Source of the DNA: Candidatus Multivoradales bacterium
GTDB lineage: Bacteria > Acidobacteriota > Thermoanaerobaculia > Multivoradales > JAHEKO01
Assembly: GCA_965223855.1 (NCBI GenBank)
Contig: CBDCXM010000009.1
Span: 1,888,001-1,952,000 of the forward strand
Reading direction: 5' to 3'
DNA length: 64,000 nt
In this document: positions 9,697-18,083 of the stretch, piece by piece
Numbering within the stretch: position 1 is the stretch's first letter
Layout: every line of letters begins with the position of its first letter
The notes under the pieces: model-generated
What the model saw: only the letters and a program-made list of their open reading frames with translations
What the model was told of the DNA's origin: nothing
The model's database searches: none
Made by a program: the position numbers and the translations under genes

Positions 9697-11865
9697 ATGA
9701 AAGCGTTGCGCCGTTATCTGATCGTGCTGCTGGCCCCGGCCTTGTGGCTGGGGCCTTTCTGTCTGCAGGCGCAGGAGCTCGACGAGAGTTTCGATGCCGA
9801 GGCGGACGTGATCGAAGTCGAAATCCCGGTCAATGTGGTGGCGCGCAACGGCGAACCGTTGCGCGGTCTGACGGCGGAGGATTTCGAGATCGTCGACGAA
9901 GGAAAGAAACAGACGATCACCGGCTTCCGGGTCGTCGATCTCAGCCTGGTCGAGCCGGGCCGCACCCGCACCGAGGTCGAAGCCGCGGTGCCCGCTCTGG
10001 CGAGACGGCATTTTCTTTTTCTTTTCGATCTGAGCTTCTCGCGTCCTCCCGCTCTGCTCAGGGCACGCGAGGCGGCGCGCAAGTTCGTACTCGAGAATCT
10101 GCATCCGACGGATCTCGCGGCGGTGGCAACGCAGTCGGTCGAGGGAGGTACGAAGCTACTCGTCACCTTTACTCCCGACCGGGCTCAGATCGCACGCGCT
10201 CTCGACACCCTCGGTGCTCCGCGCCTGCTGAATCTGGCGCGTAGGGATCCGCTGCGTTTCTTCATCGAGGACCCCGAGACCGATTCCCTGCGAGCGAGTC
10301 AGGAGCTCAACGATCTCTCCAACATCCAACAGACGACGGGCCTGCAGCAGAGCGTGCTGGCCCACTTGCGGGTGATCGGCAAGGAGATGGCGAAGCAGGA
10401 GAAGAACTTCGCCCGCGGCCGGATCGGTTCGTGGTCTCGCTCGATGGGGGAACTCGCCCGCTACCTCGACAGCATCCAGGGCCGCAAGCATGTGGTGCTG
10501 TTTTCAGAAGGCTTCGACGGACGTTTGCTGCTCGGGCGCCAGCCTAACGCCGAAGACCGCGATGCCGTAGAAGATCAGCAGAATCTGCTGCGTGGTGACC
10601 ACTTTCTGGTCGACACGGACGACCTGTATGGCAATACCGATCTGCAGTCGTCGTTCCGCGACATGCTCGACGAGTTCCGGCGTGCCGATTGTGTGATCCA
10701 GTCGGTCGATATCTCGGGTTTGCGCGCCGACACCGGTGCGCAAACCCGAGTCGCCAACACCGGTCAGGACGCTTTGTTTTACATTGCAAACGACACCGGC
10801 GGGACGCTGTTCGAGGATGCCAACAATTTCGGCGACCAGTTGGAGGATGTTCTCGAGCGATCGAACGTGACCTATCTATTGAGTTTCGAGCCGAGCCACA
10901 TCGAGTACGACGGTGCCTATCATCGGTTGAAGGTCAAGGCGGACCTTCCGCGAGGCGCCAAGATCGCAGCTCGCGCGGGCTACTACGCGCCGCGGCCCTA
11001 CGATCAGCTCCATCCGCTCGAGAAGGGACTCATGGCGTCCGATGCGATCGCGAAGGTCGAAGAGGTCGACGACGTCGAACTCAACGTGCTGACGGCGGCG
11101 TTTCGCGCGAGCGACTCGGAGGCCTACGTGCCGGTCATCATCGAGGCGCGCGGAGCCGGACTTCTCGAAGGCCACGACCAGGATGAGCTGCCGGTCGAGA
11201 TCTTCACCTACGTGACCAACGAACACGGCGAGATGAAGGATTTCTTCACCCAGCGCGTGGCTCTCGACCTGTCGCGGACGCGCGAAGTTTTCGCCGAGAC
11301 CGGCCTCAAGTACTACGGCCACCTCGAGCTGCCGCCCGGGGAGTACCGGGTGCGCGTGATGACGAGGAACGCCGTCACCGGCCGCGCCGGCGTGACCGCC
11401 GTGCCGCTCTCGGTGCCTGCCTATGCAACCGCCGAGGCGGTGCTCCTGCCGCCGTTCTTCCTCGAGAGTCAGGGACAGTGGTTCCTGGTGCGCGAGCAGT
11501 TGCAGAGCGACTACCAGAAGTCGGTGGTCTACCCCTTCACGGTGAACGGCGAGCCTTATGTCCCGGCGGCGCGACCGGAGTTCTCGCAGCCCGAGGAGAA
11601 GCAGGTCTGCGTCGTGGCGTACAACCTCACCAGCGAGAGCCCGAAGCTCGACGGCACCATCGTCGACGAACAGGGGAAGGTGGTGAGGAGCGTGTCGCTC
11701 AACGGCGCGGAACGCACGGTCACCGGGATCGACGGCCTGGACAAGTTCCTTGCGACCTTCAGCCCCGGCGGTCTCGACGTCGGCAGCTACACGCTGCAGG
11801 TCGCCGTGACCGACATGGGCAACGGGAGCACCCAGACGGCGTCGATTCCCTTCGACGTCAACTGA
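9697..11865 (+). CDS. Acidobacterial-type VWA domain protein (paralog 1)
   Basis: Signal peptide, GLTAEDFEIVDEG, MIDAS-like DLSFS, GRKHVVLFSEG, ANDTGG, RAGYYAP, Ig-like C-terminus. Confidence 0.85.
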   Translation: MKALRRYLIVLLAPALWLGPFCLQAQELDESFDAEADVIEVEIPVNVVARNGEPLRGLTAEDFEIVDEGKKQTITGFRVVDLSLVEPGRTRTEVEAAVPALARRHFLFLFDLSFSRPPALLRAREAARKFVLENLHPTDLAAVATQSVEGGTKLLVTFTPDRAQIARALDTLGAPRLLNLARRDPLRFFIEDPETDSLRASQELNDLSNIQQTTGLQQSVLAHLRVIGKEMAKQEKNFARGRIGSWSRSMGELARYLDSIQGRKHVVLFSEGFDGRLLLGRQPNAEDRDAVEDQQNLLRGDHFLVDTDDLYGNTDLQSSFRDMLDEFRRADCVIQSVDISGLRADTGAQTRVANTGQDALFYIANDTGGTLFEDANNFGDQLEDVLERSNVTYLLSFEPSHIEYDGAYHRLKVKADLPRGAKIAARAGYYAPRPYDQLHPLEKGLMASDAIAKVEEVDDVELNVLTAAFRASDSEAYVPVIIEARGAGLLEGHDQDELPVEIFTYVTNEHGEMKDFFTQRVALDLSRTREVFAETGLKYYGHLELPPGEYRVRVMTRNAVTGRAGVTAVPLSVPAYATAEAVLLPPFFLESQGQWFLVREQLQSDYQKSVVYPFTVNGEPYVPAARPEFSQPEEKQVCVVAYNLTSESPKLDGTIVDEQGKVVRSVSLNGAERTVTGIDGLDKFLATFSPGGLDVGSYTLQVAVTDMGNGSTQTASIPFDVN

Positions 11866-11941
11866 GTCGGGCAGAGGCTTTCGAGGTTTCCCGGCGTCGC
11901 CACGCCGGCGGAATCGGGCGTAGGATGGGACTGTTGTGAAG

Positions 11942-12126
11942 CTAGCTCGGACTTCTCACGCCGCTGCAGCCTGGTAGGCCGTATGTCACTGAATCTACTT
12001 CGTTTTCCGGTCGCTGCGCTCCTCGACGTAGCTACGGCTATGTCTCCAGTGCTCGCGACCGGAAGCCTCGCATCTTCAGCAACCTACGACCTACCAGACC
12101 ACTCCGGCGTGAGAAGTCCGGGCTAG
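11942..12126. mobile_element. MITE-like fold-back element A (185 bp) bounded by CTAG
   Basis: CTAG-CTCGGACTTCTCACGCCG ... CGGCGTGAGAAGTCCGGG-CTAG terminal inverted repeat (1 mismatch); nested pairs CTGGTAGG/CCTACCAG, TTCCGGTCGC/GCGACCGGAA, apical GTAGC-TACG-GCTAT. Confidence 0.75.
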
Positions 12127-12155
12127 CAACGAACCGAACTCGGGAGGATTTCGCC

Positions 12156-14273
12156 ATGCCGCGTAGCTCGTTTTCTCTGGCGCTCGCCGCCATCACGCTC
12201 TCGGCGTCCATTGTCGTCGCTCAGGACCGCTTCGGGGACGCCACCGACGTCGTCGTCGTCGAGGTTCCCGTACAGGTGCTGCGCGACGGCAAGCCGGTGC
12301 GAGGGCTGACGAAAGACGACTTCGAGGTTCTCGACGGTCGCAAGGAGGTCGACATCATCGCCTTCGACGTCATCGACCTCACGATCAGCGAGCCCGGGAG
12401 CGACGACTGGGAGCCCCAGACGGTACCCGCCGCCGGCCGGCGGCACTTCCTCCTTTTCTTCGATCTCTCGTTCTCGAACCCGGCGTCGATCGTCAAGGCG
12501 AGGGAGGCGGCGAAATCGCTCGTGAGGACTTCGATGCACCCCTCGGACCTGATCGGCGTGGCGACCTACTCCGCCTCAGAAGGGGTACGCTTCCCGCTCG
12601 GTTTCACTTCGGACCGGCGCCAGGTCGTCGTCGCGATCGACACCCTCGGGCTGCCGCAGATGGTCGAAACGGTGCGTGATCCGCTCGGCATCATCCTCGC
12701 CGACAACGAGGGGCTAAGGGAGGTCGAGATCTTCGGCCAGGACGCCGGCGGCGGCAATGCCGCCGGCATCGACGCCGAGGCGGAGATCCGTGAGGTTCTC
12801 GAGAGAATCGAGCGCGACGAGCAGGCGGCCACGAGCCGCAACGAGATCCTTGCTCTGTCGAGCGCGATGGGTGGCCTCGCCGATGCCCTCAACAGCATCG
12901 ACGGCCGCAAGCACGTCCTCTTCCTGTCGGAAGGCTTCGACAGCACCGTGGTGGTGGGCAGCGCCCGCGGAGCGACCTTCGAAGAGCAGCGACGGATCCA
13001 GCAGGTCAACGAGGCGGCGGCGTCGGGCCGTGTGTGGGAGGTGCAGTCGGACGAGCGCTTCGGCAATACCCAGACCCAGAACCAGCTCACCCAGATGCTC
13101 GACGAGTTCGTGCGGGCCGACGCGACGATCGAGGCGATCGACATCGGCGGGCTGCGCGACGCCTCCAACACTCGCAACGAGGACGGGCTCTTCCTGATGG
13201 CGAACGAGACCGGCGGCCAGTTCGTGAGCAATTTCAACGATCTGGGAGAGGCGATCGGAACGGTGCTGGAACGCACCAGCGTCACGTACCTGCTGGCCTT
13301 CTCGCCGCGGGAGGTGCGCTACGACGGCAAGTTCCGTGAGATCAAGGTGAAGCTCACGGACGGCGGTCGTGGCACGCGGGTCGTGCACCGCCCGGGCTAC
13401 TTCGATCCGCAGCCGATGTCCGCGATGTCTGGGATCGAGCGCCAGCTGTCCGCCGCGAACGCGATCATGGCGGGCCGGGCGGGGGGCGCGGTTTCCACCG
13501 CGGCGATCGCCGGCGCCTTCCCCCACGACGGCGACGTCTCCTACGTGCCGGTGCTCGTCGAGGCGGACGGACGCTCCCTGATCGGCAAGTTGAAGGGCAA
13601 GGTCCTGCCGACCGAGGTGTTCGCCTACGCCATCGACTCGAGCGGCGAGGTGCGCGACTACTTCTCGCAGACTCTCGGCCTCGACCTCGCCAAGGCGAGA
13701 GCGGCGCTCGAACAGACCGGCTTCAAGTTCTGGGGCAACCTCGAGCTGCCGCCGGGCGACTACGAGATCAAGGTGCTCGTCCGCAATGCCGAGACCGGCG
13801 ATTCCGGTCTGAGCATCGCTGCCGTCACCGTGCCGGGTAACGAAGCGGGCATGTCCCTGCTGCCGCCTTTCCTGCCGGAGCCCGGTGGGAAGTGGCTGCT
13901 GGCGCGCGAGCAGGGGGTCGACCCTTCGACCTACAGCTACCCCTACATGCTCGGTGATCAGGCGTTCATCCCCGCAGCCCGCCCGGCGCTGGGCGGCAGC
14001 GGCGCGCAGACCGTGAGCCTCGTCGGCTACCGGCTCGGGGGGGAGTCGATCGCAGCGCGTGCGGAACTGATCGATGCGAGTGGCAACAGCATCGAAGGTG
14101 TCGCCTTCCAGCTCACCGGCCGCTTCGCCGGCCGCGACGGGCTCGAGCAGCTCGTCGGTGATCTGTCGCTGGAGTCGATCCCGGCCGGCAGCTACGAGCT
14201 GAGGATGTCGGTGCGCGACATGGAGAGCGGTGCCACCGTGTCGAGTTCGGTCCCGGTCGACGTAGCGCTCTGA
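12156..14273 (+). CDS. Acidobacterial-type VWA domain protein (paralog 2)
   Basis: Same architecture as 9697-11865: GLTKDDFEVLDG, DLSFS, GRKHVLFLSEG, ANETGG, RPGYF; RBS GGAGG. Confidence 0.85.
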   Translation: MPRSSFSLALAAITLSASIVVAQDRFGDATDVVVVEVPVQVLRDGKPVRGLTKDDFEVLDGRKEVDIIAFDVIDLTISEPGSDDWEPQTVPAAGRRHFLLFFDLSFSNPASIVKAREAAKSLVRTSMHPSDLIGVATYSASEGVRFPLGFTSDRRQVVVAIDTLGLPQMVETVRDPLGIILADNEGLREVEIFGQDAGGGNAAGIDAEAEIREVLERIERDEQAATSRNEILALSSAMGGLADALNSIDGRKHVLFLSEGFDSTVVVGSARGATFEEQRRIQQVNEAAASGRVWEVQSDERFGNTQTQNQLTQMLDEFVRADATIEAIDIGGLRDASNTRNEDGLFLMANETGGQFVSNFNDLGEAIGTVLERTSVTYLLAFSPREVRYDGKFREIKVKLTDGGRGTRVVHRPGYFDPQPMSAMSGIERQLSAANAIMAGRAGGAVSTAAIAGAFPHDGDVSYVPVLVEADGRSLIGKLKGKVLPTEVFAYAIDSSGEVRDYFSQTLGLDLAKARAALEQTGFKFWGNLELPPGDYEIKVLVRNAETGDSGLSIAAVTVPGNEAGMSLLPPFLPEPGGKWLLAREQGVDPSTYSYPYMLGDQAFIPAARPALGGSGAQTVSLVGYRLGGESIAARAELIDASGNSIEGVAFQLTGRFAGRDGLEQLVGDLSLESIPAGSYELRMSVRDMESGATVSSSVPVDVAL

Positions 14274-14283
14274 GCCGGCGGGA

Positions 14284-16245
14284 TCAACGCCAGGGCGACC
14301 GGACGGGAGAGCCGTTGCGGTAGCGGTCGAGGTCTTCGGAGAGGGCGGCCGCCAGCCCTTCGTCGCCCGCGTTCCGTGATTCGACGAGCAGCCTCTCGGC
14401 CAGCCCGACGGCCTCCTCGAGCTGGCCGACCTCCGCGAGCGCCATCGCCAGGGTGCGGCCACGATCGAGGGTCGGTGCCGAGCGGATGAGTCCGCCGGCG
14501 ATCTCGAGCGCCCCTGGGCCGTCGCGCACGGAGTCGTCGTCGGAGGTGGCCAGCAGACGTGCGAGGGTGTTCTGCACCTCCGGCTGTCCGGGTTCGAGCC
14601 GAAGGCTCGATTCGAGGTGACTCCGGGCGTCGCGGTCGCGGCCGGCGAGCAGGAGGGCGATGGTGCGTCCGAGGCGACTCTCCCGGTCGCCAGGGTCGAT
14701 TTCCAGTGCGGCCGCGAAATGGTCCGCGGCCTCCGAGAAGCGCTGTTCGCGCCCTGCGATCGTCGCCAGCAGCCGGTGCGCGTCGATGAGTTGCGGTGTC
14801 AGCTCGAGGGCTCGCTCCAGACTGCCGCGGGCCGCGCCCAGATCACCCCGGCGCATGGCGATCGTCGCCAGCTGGAACTGCGCCGCCGCCTGCGACGGCT
14901 CGTCTGCCGTCGGCGCCAGATCCCGGAGGGCCCGAGCGGCGTCGTCGTCGCGTCCGATGGCGGACAGCACCTGGGCGATCCCGAGCACGACCTCGGCGTC
15001 GCCGGGGGCGCGTGCCAGGAGCGCGTCGAGGTCCTCGAGGGCGTCGTCGCTGCGGCCGAGGCGCGCCCATAGGAGATTGCGCTGCACCCGGCTCGAACGG
15101 TCCTGCGGGTCGATCGCGATGGCCGATTCGTAGTGCGTCAGCGCCTCCTCGAACTCGCCCTGTGTCGCCAGCAGTCCGGCGAGATTGACGTGCGAGTCCG
15201 AGTGGTTCGGGTCGAGTGCCAGGGCACCTTCGAGGTGCTCCCGTGCCTCTCCGAGCCGACCCACCCGACCGAGAAGGGTGCCGAGGTTGTAGCGCGCGCT
15301 GATGTCTTGCGGGGCACGTCGAATCGCTTCCTCGAACTGTGCGATCGCCTCGTCGACCGCACCGAGCTCGGCGAGAACGTCGGCGAGGGCGAGCCGGGCG
15401 TCGAGCAGGTCGGGTCGCTCCCGCAGCGCCAGCCGGTAGGCATCGATCGCCGTTTCGAGGTCGCCGGCGATCCGCGACTGCGCTGCCAGGGTGACGTAAC
15501 GCGAAGCGCCTCTCATCAGTGAGCCGAGCACCTCGATCGGCGGGTCGGGGAACCTCACCGGCTCGCGCCCCTGCCGGGAGAGCAGCTCGCGGGCGCGTTC
15601 GCGATCGCCGAGAGCCCGGTAGGCGAGGCCGAGCTGATAGGCCGCGGCGGTGGCCTGAGGCTGTTCCCTGAGGACCTCCTCGAGCAGGGGGGCAGCGATC
15701 TCCGGCTCCCCCTGCATCGTCGCGATCTGGGCGATGCCGTATCGGGCCGCGGCGGTTCCCGGCACCCGCTCCAGCACCGCCTCGAACTGCAGGCGAGCGT
15801 CTTCGAGCCGGCCGGCAGTGAGCAGAACCCGGGCGAGTCGGATCTGTGCCGGCAACCAGTCCGGCCGCAGTTCCAACGCGCGACGGAACCTCGCCTCGGC
15901 AGCCGCCGGGCGGCCGTCCTGCTCGTCGAGCACGCCGAGGTAGTACTCCCACAGAGGGTCGTCCGGCGCGCCCTTCGCCGCCTCCTCGAAGGCATCCCGA
16001 GCCGCGTCGAGCAGTTCGTAGGCGAGGAGCACGCGGCCGAGCTCGCCGTGGGCTCTAGCAGCGTCGTCGGCCTCGGCGCCGCTCGCGAGGGCGAGCATCT
16101 CCTCGACATGAGCCCGGATCGCCGGCTCCATGAGAGACAGGTCGGGTCGCGGGACGTCGGCCACCGCCAGGGTGGCAGACGCGATCCACGCGACGGCAGC
16201 GGCGCAGATCCGGCCCATCCGGGTGAAGGGGCGCCTGCCGGTCAC
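14284..16245 (-). CDS. Exported TPR protein
   Basis: Long TPR array; likely start GTG 16245 overlapping the upstream stop (GTGA), followed by a signal-like segment. The track start at 16824 is over-extended. Confidence 0.8.
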   Translation of the reverse strand: MTGRRPFTRMGRICAAAVAWIASATLAVADVPRPDLSLMEPAIRAHVEEMLALASGAEADDAARAHGELGRVLLAYELLDAARDAFEEAAKGAPDDPLWEYYLGVLDEQDGRPAAAEARFRRALELRPDWLPAQIRLARVLLTAGRLEDARLQFEAVLERVPGTAAARYGIAQIATMQGEPEIAAPLLEEVLREQPQATAAAYQLGLAYRALGDRERARELLSRQGREPVRFPDPPIEVLGSLMRGASRYVTLAAQSRIAGDLETAIDAYRLALRERPDLLDARLALADVLAELGAVDEAIAQFEEAIRRAPQDISARYNLGTLLGRVGRLGEAREHLEGALALDPNHSDSHVNLAGLLATQGEFEEALTHYESAIAIDPQDRSSRVQRNLLWARLGRSDDALEDLDALLARAPGDAEVVLGIAQVLSAIGRDDDAARALRDLAPTADEPSQAAAQFQLATIAMRRGDLGAARGSLERALELTPQLIDAHRLLATIAGREQRFSEAADHFAAALEIDPGDRESRLGRTIALLLAGRDRDARSHLESSLRLEPGQPEVQNTLARLLATSDDDSVRDGPGALEIAGGLIRSAPTLDRGRTLAMALAEVGQLEEAVGLAERLLVESRNAGDEGLAAALSEDLDRYRNGSPVRSPWR

Positions 16246-18047
16246 GGCGCCGCGAGGTCGGCCCACACGAGCACCCTGGCGGACGGAACTCCGCTCAGCC
16301 GGATCGAGCGCGCTCCCGGCCGGGTCAGTGTGACGCTCTCGATCGGAGTCGAAGCGCCGAGAAACACGCGCGGATCCCGTGCCGAAGCGTAGCTGCCGTC
16401 TCGCCTCGAGCGGCGCCACAGGGTCTCTCCCGAGGCGGTCTCGGCGCGAGCCTTCCAGCCGGTGCCGCCATCGCGCGAAGAGATGCCGAGCCATGGATTG
16501 GCAGGTGGAGCGCCGAGGAGGAGTCGGACCGGGCCGTCGTTGTTGCTGACCGCGATGTCCTCGTCGCCGTCGTTGTCGACGTCGCCGAAAGCGGAGCCGC
16601 GGCTGACCTCCGAGACGGCGAAGGCGGGCGCCGTGCCGCTGACCTCCTCGAATCGCCCGTCCCTCAGATTGCGGAAGATCTGGTTCGGCTGGTGGAGCGG
16701 GAACGGGTCTCCCGCCTCGACGAGCTCCTCGATCGCCCGAACGGCACCGTTGGCGACGAACAGATCGAGCCGGCCGTCGCGGTCGAAATCGATCCAGCCG
16801 GTGCCGAAGCCGGTGGCGACCCAACTGGTGCTGCCGAGGCCGGAGGTGACTGTCGCGTCATCGAAGACGCCCGTGCCGTCGTTGACGTACAGGGTGTTCG
16901 TCTCCCCTGTGAGGTGCGCCATGAAGAGGTCTTCGTCGCCGTCGCCGTCGAAGTCCCCGGCATCGACCCCCATCGACGCCTCGGGCTTGCCTTCCCAGTT
17001 GACGGCGGCACCGGCGAAGACCGCGTCGTTGAGAAACGAGCCGTCGCGCTGGTTGATCCGCAACTGGTTGGCCGTCATGTCGTTGGCGACGTAGAGGTCG
17101 ATCCAGTCGTCGCCGTTGAAGTCGGTGGCGACGACCCCCAGGGCGCCGCCGAACTCCTCCAATGCGCCTGAGGCAGGCGTGCCGTCCTCGAAGGTGCCGT
17201 CGCCGCGGTTGCGCAACAGACGGTCGGGAAAGGGACGGAAGGCGAGCGGCCCGCAATAGTCGGGTGCCCCGGTCGCATTGGTGCACGACGAGCCGGAAGT
17301 GAAGCGCTGGTCGACGTAGTTGCCGACGTAGAGGTCGAGGTGCCCGTCCCGATCGAAATCGGCGAAGGCTGCGGAGACGCTCCACCGGATGTCTCCGGCG
17401 CCGGAGGTCTCGGTGACGTCGGAGAAGGTGCCGTCGCCGTTGTTGCGCAGCAACTGATTGGGGCCGAAGTTGGTGACGTAGAGGTCGGTGTCGCCATCCC
17501 CGTCGTAGTCGCCGGCCGCGACGCCCATGCCGTAGTGAGGGGCGTCGATCGCGCTCGCCTCGGTCCGATCGACAAAGGCCAGCCGCAGCGCACCGTCGGC
17601 GTCGGCCCAGGCGTCGTTGCGATAGAGCCGGTCGGTCAGGGGCAACGAGCCGTCCGCCGGGGAGACGAGGGCGTCCTCGAGGGACTCTTCCGGGTTGGGA
17701 ATCCCCCCCTGGACGAGATAGAGATCGAGGTCACCGTCGCCGTCGAAGTCGAGCAGGCCGAGACCCGAACCGGTCACCTCGACGAGGTAGAGCCCGCCCG
17801 TGCGACCGTTGAAGTGGCGAAAGTCGAGGCCGGCCGTCTCGCCGACCTCCTCGAAGAGCGGTTTCGCCGCGCCTTCGGCGCGAGCGACTCCGGAGCCCAC
17901 GCCGGTGATGATCGCGAGAAGGGCCGCCAGCGCAAGTCGGGCCGGGCCTCGGGGGCGGGTCGCCCGCGACTGCGTCCGGGGGGACTGCGACTGCGACTGG
18001 GGCTGTGGCTGGGGCTGGGGCTGGGGCTGCGAGACGGGCTCCGACAC
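16242..18047 (-). CDS. CRTAC1-family FG-GAP repeat protein with ASPIC/UnbV-like C-terminus
   Basis: Repeated DFDGDGDLDLY / DYDGDGDTDLYVTN motifs, SRGSAFGDVDNDG, DGSYASARDPRVFLG. Confidence 0.9.
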   Translation of the reverse strand: MSEPVSQPQPQPQPQPQSQSQSPRTQSRATRPRGPARLALAALLAIITGVGSGVARAEGAAKPLFEEVGETAGLDFRHFNGRTGGLYLVEVTGSGLGLLDFDGDGDLDLYLVQGGIPNPEESLEDALVSPADGSLPLTDRLYRNDAWADADGALRLAFVDRTEASAIDAPHYGMGVAAGDYDGDGDTDLYVTNFGPNQLLRNNGDGTFSDVTETSGAGDIRWSVSAAFADFDRDGHLDLYVGNYVDQRFTSGSSCTNATGAPDYCGPLAFRPFPDRLLRNRGDGTFEDGTPASGALEEFGGALGVVATDFNGDDWIDLYVANDMTANQLRINQRDGSFLNDAVFAGAAVNWEGKPEASMGVDAGDFDGDGDEDLFMAHLTGETNTLYVNDGTGVFDDATVTSGLGSTSWVATGFGTGWIDFDRDGRLDLFVANGAVRAIEELVEAGDPFPLHQPNQIFRNLRDGRFEEVSGTAPAFAVSEVSRGSAFGDVDNDGDEDIAVSNNDGPVRLLLGAPPANPWLGISSRDGGTGWKARAETASGETLWRRSRRDGSYASARDPRVFLGASTPIESVTLTRPGARSIRLSGVPSARVLVWADLAAP

Positions 18048-18083
18048 GGCGGGACTCTACCAGCCGTCGGCTATCATGCCGGG

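Noticed and set aside
17984-18030. 6-bp repeats encoding (QP)n(QS)n
   Set aside because: Short low-complexity stretch ahead of the signal peptide; no evidence of function
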